A DNA stretch of 64,000 nucleotides from Mobula hypostoma (taxonomy: Eukaryota): contig NC_086097.1 of the NCBI RefSeq assembly GCF_963921235.1, forward strand, positions 244,592,001 to 244,656,000, in the 5' to 3' direction. A model generated the notes under the pieces. That model was not told where the DNA came from, made no database searches, and saw only the letters and a list, made by a program, of their open reading frames with translations. Numbering within the stretch: the stretch's first letter is position 1; the number at the start of each line of letters is the position of its first letter. Made by a program: the position numbers and the translations under genes. Shown piece by piece: positions 1 through 12,740 of the stretch.

Positions 1-1784
1 GTCCTACCTGGTTTGCTGGAGCCACAATTTAATCACAAAGTTAAGAACATCCGTCAAATTTGTGCTTTAATTAAGAAAGGAATGTTCTGTCTAATTTCCA
101 TCAGGTACTGCTTTTAGTCAAAATCAAAAGGTGTGAAAAGCCCTGACATCTTATGTGGATCTGGGCAAACTTGAATTATCTTGCTCTAAAGAAGGCAGAT
201 GTGAGATATTATCCAAACACACTGCAGTCACAGACATAGTTAGTACTTAGTCCATTGTTTACAGGAATCTGAGAATCCCCCATTCCCTTAAACTTTATCA
301 ATGTTGTACCTTTTTGTTGAAGGCATTTGCAAGAAAAATAAAGAAATACAACAGAACACATGATAAACTATACATAAAGACTGTCAAACAACCAAAGTTC
401 AAAAGAAGACAATTGTGCAAATAGAATAAATAATACAGAGAATATGAGTTGTAAAGAAGTCAGCAGGTTGGTGTGGACATGTTGGGCTTCAATGTTGTAT
501 GGCATTATGATTCTGTGAATAAGCACATGTTCTCCTTGCAAGTGCACAGGAAGTATTGCAAGTCATGCCATAATTAGTCATTGCCACATGCTTCCATACC
601 AGTTCCATAATACTGTAATGAAATGTTTAAAACTCAACAGAGATAGCATTTCAGGTCAGACCCTTCATCAGGACTGTTCAATTATAATGCTTACAGTAAA
701 TAAAGTAAAATAAATCAAATAAAAATAATTGTTGCAGCGAAAGTCCGCCTATCAAAGGATTCAAATTCTAATCATCTGGTTACAATAAAAATAATAACAC
801 AAGGAATTCCCTGGACAGAAATGACTAATACAAGGCAGCATAGTTTTAGAATGATTGAAGGAAAGTATAACGGAATGTCAGAAGTAAATTTTTATTTTAA
901 ACAGAGATGGTATGCCCTGTCAGGGGTGATGGGCGAGGCAGATACATTAGAGTCATTTAAGAAACTCTTAGATAGGTACATGGATGATAGAAAAAAGGAG
1001 GGCTATGTAGGAGGGAAGAGATAGATTGATTTTCGAGTAGGTTAAAAGTCAGCACAACATTATGGGCCAAAGGGCCTGGACTGTGCTGCAATGGTCTATG
1101 TTCTATGAAATAGGAGCTAGAGAACACCTTGAGTCCTCAAGTCTGCCCAGCCATTTAGTGTTTGATCTGCCCCAGGAGTCAAAGCCTCGTCTATGCCAAT
1201 TCCACAAAACCTTCAATTCCCGGTCCTTATCAACCTCCTTTTCAAATAGCTCATCTACACAGCTATGATCAATGGGTATGATGGTGTTGCTGCAGCAATG
1301 CAACTTCATAAATCCGTTTATTGTTGTTACATGTACTGAGGTGCAGTGAAAAACCGGTCTTGTACTCCGTTCATACAGGTCAATTCATTGTGTCATTGCA
1401 CTGAGGTAGTGCAGTTGGAAACAATGACAGAATGCACAATTACAGGCTACCCAGATGCAATATGAGATGTTGCTCCTCCAAACAGAGTCTGGCCTCATTG
1501 TAGAAGTAGGGAAGGCCATAGGCAAACAATTAGTTATCTAACTTCCTTTAATTTCTTCCCCTCCCACCTTCTCTCTTTTTCCATTCCCCATTCTGGCTCC
1601 TGTCTTACAGTTTTTCTCCCCACCTGCCTATCACCTTCCTTTGGTTCCCCTCCTCCCTTGCTTTCTCCCATCCTCTCCACTCCTCTCCTCCTCTTCCTTC
1701 TTCTTCAGCCCTTTAACTCTTCCATCGATCACCTCTACTTCTTACTTCACCCCCTCCCCCACCCACCCAGCTTCATCCTCAAAG

Positions 1785-2495
1785 TAAATTTATTAAAGTA
1801 TATGTATGTCACCATATACAAGCATGAAGTTCATTTTCTTTCAGGGATATTGAATAAATCCAATAACCAGAACAAAATCAATGAAAGATAATACCAACAA
1901 GGTGTCAGTGTGCAGAAGACAAACAGAGCAAATACAAAAAAAAGAAAAAATTAAAGTAATAATAATAAATAAATAAGCAATAAATATCAAGAACATAAGA
2001 TGAAGAGTCCTTGAAAGCGAGTTCATAGGTTGTGGGAACAGTTCAGTGATGGGGTGAGTGAAGTTATCCCCTTTGGTTTAGGAGCCTGATGGTTGAGGGG
2101 TATTAACTGTTCCTGAACCTGGTGGTGTAAGTCCTGAGGCAGTTGTACCTTCTTCCTGATGGCAGAAGTGAGAAGAGAGCATATCCTGGGTGGTGGGGGT
2201 CTTTGATGATGGATGCTGCTTTCCTGCAACAATGCTCCATGTAGATGTGCTCAATGGTAGGGAGGGCTTTACCCATGATGAACTGGGTCGTATCCACTAC
2301 TTTTTGTGGGATTTTCTGTTCAAGGATATTGGTGTTTCCATACCAGGCTGTGATGCAACAAGTCAACATACTCTCCACCAAACATCTATAGAATTTGGTC
2401 AAACTTTTTGATGTCATGCTGAATCTTCGCAAACTTCTAAGGAAGCAGAGGTATTGCCATGCTTTCTTTGTTATCATACTTACATGCTGGACTCA
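1785..2495 (-). mobile_element. Rex1/Babar-like LINE 3' fragment
   Basis: KKAWQYLCFLRSLRRF...FYRCLVESMLTCCITAWYGN...DPHHPGYALFSLLPSGRRY...TTRFRNS is the C-terminal RT-associated region of this group. Typical 3' tail follows. Confidence 0.8.
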
Positions 2496-4286
2496 CTAAG
2501 CACCAACAGCCTGTACTACTTCCCCACCCACACCCACTTTCTCATTCTGGATTCTTTCCAGTCGTGGAAAAGGATCTCAGCCTGAAAAATCAACTGTTTA
2601 TTCATTTCCATAGATGCTGCCTGACCTGGTGAGTTCCTCCAGCATTTGTGTCTATTGATCTGGTCTATCAGTAGCTTTTGCCACTTTTGATGTTGCAGCT
2701 TTTCAATCAATATTTTCCTTGAATTTTTAACAATTGTTAGTTCATCTTTCTCAGTGATTCTCTCTCTCTGATCAGACTATATTTCTGGTGAGTTAATAAA
2801 TAATTACTTCGGTATCTGCCATTATTTACTGATTAGAGAAAATCTGCAGATGCTGGAAATCTAAGCAACACACACAAAATGCTAGAGGAATTCAGCAGGT
2901 CAGGCAGCATCTTGGGAAAATAGTACAGTCGATGTTTCAGGCCGAGACACTTCATCAGGACAACACATTTACTGAGTTTAGTTAGCTTTCCTAAGATCAC
3001 ACAACATAACACTTCTATACTCTATAATCAAGTCAGAGAGCACTACAGCATAGAAACAGGCCCTTTGTCCCATCTAGTCTGTACTGAACTATTATTCTGC
3101 CTAGTCCTATTGATCTGCATCTGGACCATCGCTCTCCATACCCCTCCCATTTATGTGCTTATCCGGACTTCTTTTAAGTGCTGAAATTGAACCCCCATCC
3201 ACCACTTCTGCTGGCAGTTTGTCCCATACTCACAGTTCAAAGTAAATTTATGATCAAAGTACATACATGACATGATATACAACCCTGAGGTTCATTTTCT
3301 TGTGGGCATACTCAATAAATCTATAGAATAATAACCATAACAGAATCAATGAAAGTTCACCCAAACTGGGGCATTTGACCAGAGTCCAGAAGACAAAACA
3401 TTATGCAAATACAAAATGCAGAAATAATAAAAGATAAATAAGCAATAAATAGCAAGAACTTGCACCACCCTCTGAATGAAGCTCCCCCTCATGTTCCCCT
3501 TAAATATTTACTTTTTAACCATTAAGCAATGACCTCGAGTTCTAGTCGCACCTAACCTCAGTTGCATTTACCCTATCTAGACCCTTCGTAATTAAGTTGA
3601 GGACCCGAGATGTTCACCCTCAAACTCGATCTAGAATTCTACTATTTTGTGTTCATTGCTCATGACAGGATCCTCTCCAGTCCTGAAGAAGGGTCTTGTA
3701 CTGAAACATAGACTGTTTATTTCTCTCCATTGATGCTACCTGACTTACATTGTTCCTCCAGCACTTTGTGTGTGTTGCTTTCAATTTCCAGCATCTGCAG
3801 AATCTCATGTTCATCCTTAACTACAGGATCTCTTATTACTCCTACCACATTCCATGTGAACAAATCTACAACAGCCTGTTCCAGGGCAAGCACCATTTCA
3901 GGTTGTTCGAAGTATGAAAAAAAAATGGAGTGAATTCAAGAATAAAATGTCATGTAAAACAATGGAGTAAACAATAGATCCACAGTCAACAAGGAGGTGT
4001 GGTCCTTTTTGAAATACAAATGATGTGTAATTCATAACTGGTAACCAGGTGTCGATGGGAAATTTCTCAACCCAGCTGAGAACACTACTTTAGAAAAGAA
4101 TCACAACTGTCGTGCAAGTGACTGAAGTTGCCTTTTATTATGAACTAAAGATATTTCCAATGCTATTCTATTTCTCTGCCTTCCATGCATCTGAAAAATA
4201 GAAGTTTGAACTGGAATCCTAAAAGGAACTCTTCATATAAAGCAATGACATCATTTAAAGATTCAAATACAGACTTACTGATTGTA

Positions 4287-7200
4287 TGAACCACAGAACA
4301 TTACAGCACAGAAACAGGCCCTTTGGCCCTTCTTGGCTGTGCCGAACCATTTTTCTGCCTAGTCCCACTGACCTGCACCTGGACCATATCCCTCCATACA
4401 CCTCTCATCCATGCAGCTGTCCAAGTTTTTCCTAAATGTTAAAGGTGAGCCCACATTTACCACTTCATCTGGCAGCTCATTCCACACTTCCACCACTCTC
4501 TGTGTGAAGAAGCTCCCCCCCCCCCCATGTTCCATTTAAACTTTTCCCCCTTCACCCTTAACCCATGTCCTCTGGTTTTTTTCTCCCCTAGCCTCAGTGG
4601 AAAAAGCCTGCTTGGATTCACTCTATCTATACCCATCATAATTTTATATACCTCTATCAAATCTCCCCTCATTCTTCTACGCTCCAGGGAATAAAGTCCT
4701 AACCTATTCAACTTTTCTCTGTAACTCAGTTTCTCAAGTCCCGGCAACATCCTTGTAAACCTTCTCTGCACTCTTTCAACCTTATTAATATTCTTCCTGT
4801 AATTTGGTGACCAAAACTGCACACAATACTCCATATTCAGCCTCACCAATGCCTTATACAACCTCACCATAACATTCCAACTCTTATACTCAATACTTTG
4901 TTGACAGGAAAGTGACCTGGGCTGATCTTTGGAAAGTCGAACCACATCGTATCCAATTTCTCATCTGGGCAGTGTACGATGTGCTTCCAAGCCCATCAAT
5001 CCTGCACACGTGGGGCAAGGCAGAGTCATCTGCATGCCCACTGTGCTCCAAGCGAGGAACCCTGGAACACATCCTCAGCGGCTGCGCAAGGGCACTTGGT
5101 GAGGGACGGTACAGGTGGAGGCATGATCAGGTCCTGAAGACCATTGCTGAAGCCGTCAGTGCAGGAGTTGAGTGGGTGAAGCGGTCCCAACCCTCCAAGC
5201 AGACCATTGCCTTTGTCAGAGCTGGGGAGCAGCCAATACCTGCCAAAAGAACACCTGCAGGCATTCTGACCTCTGCAAGGGACTGGCAGCTGTTGGTGGA
5301 CCTCGAAGGGCAGCTGAAGTTCCCCAACCATATCGCAGCCACCACCCTGCGACCAGACATTGTCCTAGTGTCTGAGTCGACTAAGCAAGTGGTGCTGCTG
5401 GAGCTGACAGTCCCATGGGAAGATAGCTTGGAAGAGGCCTTTGAAAGGAAGCTCTCCAAGTACGCAGGACTGGTCAGCAGCTGTCAGCAGGCTGGATGGA
5501 GAGCAAGGTGTCTCCCAGTGGAGGTTGGTTGTAGGGGATTCGTAGCCCGTTCCTTAGATAGAGCCTTCAGCATTTTGGGCATCGAGGGAGAGAGGAAGAG
5601 GAGAGCCACCCGCAGTACCACCGATGCGGCAGAGAGGGCCTCAAGATGGCTGTGGCTCAAAAGAGGGGAGCCATGGAGTCATAAGTAGCTAGCCATCTGG
5701 ACACAAGTTGGGGTCTGATCAGCCCCAGCTGGGTCACCTGGAGGAGGTTGTATGATGTTGAAAGACCCGAAACACCCGATGATTCCAGGAACATCACTGA
5801 AGATGTGTCCGGAAGCATCAATAGATGTATGTACACAGCTGACATATAAAGGCCAATGTACCAAAAGCTCTCTTTACGACCCTACCTACCTGTGACACCA
5901 CTTTTAGGGAACTTTGTATCTGTATTCCCAGATCCCTCTGTTCTACCGCACTCCTCAGTGCCCTACCATTTACCTTGTATGTTCTACCGTGGTTTGTCCT
6001 TCTAAAGTACAATACCTCACACATGTCTGTATTAAACTCCATCTGCCATTTTTCAGCCTGTCCAAATCCCTGTGCAAGCTTTGAAAACCTTCCTCACTGT
6101 CTACTACACCTCCAATCTTTGTATCATCAGCAAATTTGCTGATCCAATTTACCATATTATCATCCAGATCATTGATATAGATGACAAATAACAATGGACC
6201 AGCACTGATCCCTGTGGCACACCACCAGTCACAGGCCTCCACTCAGAGAAGCAATCCTCCACTACCACTCTCTGGCTTCTTCCATTGAGCCAATGTCTAA
6301 TCCAATTTACTACTTCTCCATGTATACCTAGCGACAGAATCTTCCTAACTAATCTACCATGCGGGACCTTGCTGAAGTCCATGTAGACAACATCCACTGC
6401 CTTCCCTTCATCCACTTTCCTGGTAACCTCCTCGAAAAACTCTAATAGATTGGATAGATAGATAGATATACTTTATTGATCCCGAGGGAAATTAAACATG
6501 ACCTACCACGCACAATAATAAGTCTCCCTAATAAGTCCCTGTCTATCCAAATACTTGTAGATCCTATCTCTTAGTACTCCTTCCAATAATTTACCTACTA
6601 CCGACGTCAAACTTACCAGCTTATAATTTCCTGGATTACTTTTAGAGCCTTTTTTAAATAACAGAACAACATGAGCTATCCTCCAATCCTCCGGCACCTC
6701 ACCCGTAGATAGCGACATTTTAAATACATCTGCCAGGGCCCCTGCAATTTCAACACTAGTCTCCTTCAGGGTCCAAGGGAATACCCTGTCAGGTCCAGGG
6801 GATTTATGATTTGCCTCAAGATGGCAAGCACCTCCTCCTCTTCAATCTGTATAGGTTCCATGACCTCATTACTTGTTTGCCTTATTTCCATAGACTTCAT
6901 GCCAGTTTCCTTAGTAAATACAAACGCAAAAAACCCATTTAAGATCTCCCCCCATTTCCTTTGGTTCAGTACATAGCCAACCACTCTGATCTGTAAGAGG
7001 ACCAATTTTATCCCTTACTATCCATTTGCTCTTAATATACCTGTAGAAGCTCTTTGGATTATCCTTCACCTTGACTGCCAAAGCAACCTCATGTCTTCTT
7101 TTAGCCCTCCTGATTTCTTTCTTAAGTTTTTTTTTGCACTTTTTATACTCTTCAAGCACCTTATTTGCTCCTTTTCCTATACATATCATACATCTCTCTC

Positions 7201-9428
7201 TTCTTCTTTATCAGAGTTCCAATACCCTTGAGAACCAAGGCTCCTTATTCTTATTCACTTTGCCTTTAATCCTGACAGGAACATACAAACTCTGCACTCT
7301 CAAAATTTCTCCTTTGAAGGCTTCCCACTTACCAATTACATCCTTGCCAGAGAACAACCTGTCCCAATCCATGCTTTTTAGATTCTTTCTCATTTCTTCA
7401 AATTTGGCCTTTTTCCAGTTTAGAACCTCAACCCGAGGACCAGATCTATCTTTATCCATGATCAAGTTGAAACTAATGGTGTTATGATCACTGGAACCAA
7501 AGTGTTCCCCCACACACACTTCTGTCACCTGTCCTAACTCATTTCCTAATAGGAGATCTAATATTGCATCCTCTCTAGTTGGTACCTCTATATACTGATT
7601 TAGAAGACTTTCCTGAACACATTTTACAAACTCTAACCCATCTAGACCTTTAACAGTATGAGAGTCCCAATCAATATGTGGAAAATTAAAATCCCCTACT
7701 ATCACAACTTTATCTTTCCTGCCGTTGTCTGTTATCTCTCTGCAGACTTCCTCCTCCAATTCTCGGTGACTATTGGATGGTCTATGATACAACCCCATTA
7801 ATGTGGTCGTACCTTTCCTGTTTCTCAGCTCCACCCATATGGCCTCGGTTGACAAGCCCTCTAATCTGTCCTCCTGAGCACTGCTGTAACATTTTCCCTG
7901 ACTAGCAATGGCACCCCCCCGCTGCCACCCTTCATTCTCTGCCCCTATCACGTCTGAAACATCAGAACCCTGGAACATTAAGCTGCCAGTCCTGCCCCTC
8001 CCGTAGCCAAGTTTCACTAATGGCTATAATGTCCTAATTCCACGTGTCAATCCACGCCCTCAGCTCGTCAGCCTTCCCCACAATACTCCTTGCATTGAAA
8101 TAGACACACCTCAGAAGATTACCACCACACACAACCCTACTATTTGTGACTTTGCATGAACTTTTAACATCATTTATTTTCACCCCCGCTCCACTATCCG
8201 CTCTGGCACTCTGGTTCCCATCCCCCTGCAAATCTAGTTTAAACCCCCCCCCAATAGCCCGAACAAACCTCCCTGCAAGGATATTGGTCCCCTTGCAGTT
8301 CAGGTGCAACGCATCTCTCTTGCACAGGTCCCTCCTGCCCGAGAAGATGTCCCAATGATACTGAAATCTGAAACTCTGCCCCCTACACCAGTTCCTCAGT
8401 CACGTGTTCATCCGCCAGAGCATCCTATTCCTACCCTCACTGGCACGTGGCACAGGTAGCAATCCTGAGATTACCACCCTCGAGGTCCTGCTTTTCAACT
8501 TCCTACCAAGCTCTCTATACTCACTCTTCAGAACCTCCTCACTCTTTCTTCCTACGTCTTTGGTACCAATGTGGCTGATCACCCTCCCACTTCAGAATGC
8601 TGTGCACGCGATCAGAGACATCCCTGACTCTAGCACCTGGGAGGCAACAAACCATCCGGGAGTCTCTGTCACGACCACAGAACCTCCTGTCTGTACCTCT
8701 AACTATCGAGTCCCCTATCACTACCACTCTCCTCTTCTTCCACCCTCCCTCCTGCACTGCAGAACCTGACTCAGTGCCAGAGATCCGGCTGCCGCAGCTT
8801 GTCCCAGGTAAGTCATCCCCCCCAACAGTATCCAAATCGATATACTTGTTGTTGAGGGGAATGGCCACAGTGGAACCCTGCTCTGCCTGCCCTTTCCCCT
8901 TCCCTCGCCTGACAGTAACCCAATTACCTGTGTGCTGCTCCTTTGACGTAACTACCTCCCTGTAGCTACTATCTATAAACTCCTCATTCTCCCGAATGAT
9001 CCAGAGGTCATCCAGCTCCTGCTCCAGTTCCCTAACGCAGCTTGTTAGGAGCTGCAGCTGGATGCACTTCTTGCAGGTGTTGTTGTCAGGGAGACAGGAG
9101 GTCTCCCTGACTTCCCACATTCTGCAAGAGGAGCAATCCAACATCCTGCCTGGCATTCTCTCTACTCTAAACAAACAAAACAAAACTTACCGGAACCCAC
9201 CCTCGCATCTGCCTGTTCACGCCGAAGCCCATTGAGCCAAAGCCGTCCCACTCTGCTCCCTCTCACTCCGCTGCCTGCTGTATATGGTGGTCTTTATTTT
9301 AAACCTTTGGCGCTCTACGTCACGTGCCTGCGCAGTCTAGCCTCTTTACCCTGAGCAATATAAAGAAAAAGTTACTTCTCTCCGAGATTCCTTTACTCCT
9401 TCACTCTCAGCCTCCTGCTCCGATTAAA
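4287..9428 (-). mobile_element. Near full-length CR1-clade LINE (ORF1 Zn-finger/leucine zipper + SGNH esterase; ORF2 APE + RT), decayed, in PDCD6IP intron 1
   Basis: ORF1 CSSC..CKKC, IGDSIVR, CLPGARV, HIGT. ORF2 [51 protein letters not shown]. Multiple frameshifts and two nested insertions. Confidence 0.93.
4901..5844 (+). mobile_element. 5'-truncated restriction-like-endonuclease (RLE) non-LTR retrotransposon, HERO-like, inserted in CR1 ORF2
   Basis: Open 258-aa frame with CPLC-x7-H-x4-C zinc knuckle, RHDQV, RPDIVLV...ELTVPWE...K..KY (PD-(D/E)xK), stop at 5688, then about 150 nt of 3'UTR. Confidence 0.88.
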
Positions 9429-9756
9429 AAACATTGAGACATATAGTAAAATGACTCATGCTTCAACAACCAATACTAGTCATTGAAAAGTACAGCACAG
9501 AAAAAGGCCTTTTGGCCCACCTAGTTCATATTAAACCATTTAAACTACCTAGTCCCATCGACCCACACTGAGACACCCTCCACAACCCTCCCGTCCATGT
9601 ACCTATCCAAACTTCTCTTAAACGTTGAAATCGAGCTCGCGTGCACTTGTGCTAGCAACTCATTCCACACCCTCATGAACCTCTGAGTGAAGAAGTTTCC
9701 TCTCATCTTCCCCATAAACATTTTTTCTTTGACCTTTAACCCATGACCTCTATTTC

Positions 9757-10355
9757 TAGCAACACACACAAAATGCTGGAGGAACTCAGCAGGCCAGACA
9801 GCATCTATGGAAAAAAGTACTGCCAACATTTTGGGCTAAGAGCCTTTGGCAGGAATGGAAAAAAAAAGATGAGGAGTAGAGTTAAAAGGTGGGGGAGGGA
9901 GAGAGAAACAGTCTGATAGGTGAAATGGGGAGGGGGAGGGGTGAAGTAAAGAGCTGGGAAGTTGATTGGTGAAAGTGATACAGGGCTGGAGAAGGGGAGA
10001 GTCTGATAGGAGAGGACAAAGGGCCATGGAAGAAACAAAAGGGGGGAGGAGCACCAGACAGAGAAGATGGACAGGCAAGAAGATAAGGTGAGAGAGGGAA
10101 AAGGGGATGGAGAATGGTGAAGGAGTGGGGGAGCCATTACTAGAAGTTTGAGAAATCGATGTTCATGCCATCAGGTTAGAGGTTACCCAGACAGAATATA
10201 AGGTGTTGTTCTTCCAACCTGAGTGTGCCCTCATTGCGACCATAGAGGAGGCCATGGATAGACGTATCTGAATGGGAATGGGAAGTGGAATTTAAATGGG
10301 TGACCACTGGGAGATCTCGCTTCTTCTGGCGGACGGAGCATAGGTGCTCGGCAAA
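9757..10355 (-). mobile_element. Penelope-like (Neptune-type) 3' fragment with terminal hammerhead-like repeat
   Basis: Similar to 16354-17390 and 24705-25620: GIY-YIG C-terminal remnant, purine-rich tract, shared terminal repeat. Confidence 0.75.
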
Positions 10356-12052
10356 ATGGTTATCTCCTTATTAAAATTTTTCCTGTAAGAAGGATGTACT
10401 GGACATTTGGATGGATATGTACCATACATTTGGTGCCAATGTAGCATGCCCACGATGTCCCACAGAACAACACAAACAGCAAAAACAAAACAAGACACCA
10501 ACAGAAAAACAAGTTCCTTCCTGAGTCCTCCCACACTCACATCCAGACAGGCTCCCATCCACAGAACAGGTCGTCTCCAGACCTCCAATCCGTGTCCCAG
10601 AAATCTCAGACGCACAGACATGAAGCCTCCAGCTTCACACCTCATCTAACAAAACCGGGCCCTCTTTGGCCACTGTGTCTCCTTTGGGTCTTTGGCTAAT
10701 ATTGCAATCTAACATTGCTGCAAATTGAAAAACCAGAAATTCGAGGGCAAGATTTTGAATTTAGATATCCTCGGCACAAAGATTTTAATCCTACATTAAT
10801 GTCAAGATTAGAGAAGGCTGAACGTGGAACAAAAGAAAAGGCACAGTACTGGGCATTAAAGTACTTGCAAGCAACCAAATATCAGTAAGTTATAAGAACT
10901 TTCATAAGAATTTACCTTATTTCCACCAATTTAAAGGAAATAAAAATTCCAGGAAACTCACCACATCCTCAAATCATGAGATCAATTTCTGCAAAATGTA
11001 CTGGATAACAAGATACAGTCCAAGTTCAATCATATCCATGAACACAGCCAAATGAAATAGCATTCCTCTGGGCCAAGATGCAAAACAAAGTACCAACAAT
11101 CACACACAGCACAAGGCTCATATAGCACATATAATTATGATAGCAGCAACAACATACTGTCACAAAATAGACGTAGTATTAGTAATAATAATATCCAAGT
11201 CCCCGAGTATCATATCCTGTGGATTGATGTTGTCCAGGAGCCACACTCATCTTGCACTCGTGCAAACACAGACCAACACAATGCAGCTCATCTTCCACCA
11301 CGCAAGAAATATAAAGCACTATTCAGATATACTCTGATCCTTTCTTCATAAGACCCATTTTAAAAATTAATTTCTAGTTCAGGTAACCAGCACCTTGAAT
11401 AACTTGGTTGATAGATTTCCTTTGGACCCTTAGAAAAATAACCATTCCAAAGGTGATATTCTCTGTTGTTTGACCTCAGTGACCAGTGTCACAGAAAGGT
11501 ACCACCTGATGCGTCATAAAGCATTGAGAGGAACAAGTTATGCAAGTTCCGGGCAGAGACTCAGGAATACCATCACACTCAGATGTAGGAGGATTCTTTG
11601 TTGCTGTTTCCATAACAAATCCTAGCAATTCAGACTCATCAGCCAAAAAACTCAATAGTGAATTCTCCATAAAGAGTCAGTGTGATAAATACACATTCTT
11701 TCTTCCAGTATATATACAGCCAGCTATTTCACCAAAGCAAATTTCAATATGCAAGTTTGCAAATGTACAATTTTAGCCATTTGATTCAAACTCAACAGCA
11801 TAAGTAAAAACAAAACGAATGCCCTTGCTATTCATCCAATTGGTATGGAGGTTCCATTGCACAAGATCGCAAGAGGCTGCCCAGGGTCATAGAATCAGCT
11901 AGCTCCATCACGGGCACAATCTTCCCCACCATAAAGAACATCTTCAAGAGTACATGAGCCTTCAGACCCACACAGAATGATTCAGGAACAGATTCTTCCC
12001 CCATGCCATCAGATGTCTGAACAGTCCACGAAAACTAGCTCGTTATTCCTTT

Positions 12053-12740
12053 CATAGAAACATAGAAAATAGGTGCAAGAGTAGGCCATTCGGCCCTTCG
12101 AGCCTGCACCACCATTTATTATGATCATGGCTGATCATCCAACTCAGAACCCCGCCCCAGCCTTCCCTCCATACCCCTTGATCCCCATAGCCACAAGGGC
12201 CATATCTATCTCCCTCTTAAATATAGCCAATGAACTGGCCTCAACTGTTTCCTGTGGCAGAGAATTCCACAGATTCACCACTCTCTGTGTGAAGAAGTTT
12301 TTCCTAATCTCAGTCCTAAAAGGCTTCCCCTTTATCCTCAAACTGTGACCCCTTGTTCTGGACTTCCCCAACATCGGGAACTATCTTCCTGCATCCAGCC
12401 TGTCCAATCCCTTTAGGATTTTATACGTTTCAATTAGATCCCCCCTCAATCTTCTAAATTCCAATGAGTACAAGCCCAGTTCATCCAGTCTTTCTTCATA
12501 TGAAAGTCCTGCCATCCCAGGAATCAATCTGGTGAACCTTCTTTGTACTCCCTCTATGGCAAGGATGTCTTTCTTCAGATTAGGGGACCAAAACTGCACA
12601 CAATACTCCAGGTGTGGTCTCACCAAGGCCTTGTACAACTGCAGTAGTACCTCCCTGCTCCTGTACTCGAATTCTCTCGCTATAAATGCCAGCATACCAT
12701 TCGCCTTTTTCACCGCCTGCTGTACCTGCATGCCCACTTT
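12053..12740 (-). mobile_element. CR1 LINE 3' fragment
   Basis: KANGMLAFIAREFEYRSREVLLQLYKALVRPHLEYCVQFW, TTCTATG-type tail. Closely similar to the 3' part of 36055-37940. Confidence 0.9.

Noticed and set aside
4912..5688. Domesticated nuclease gene
   Set aside because: No ATG (the frame begins at the truncation junction), embedded in a CR1, and followed by an element-type 3'UTR.
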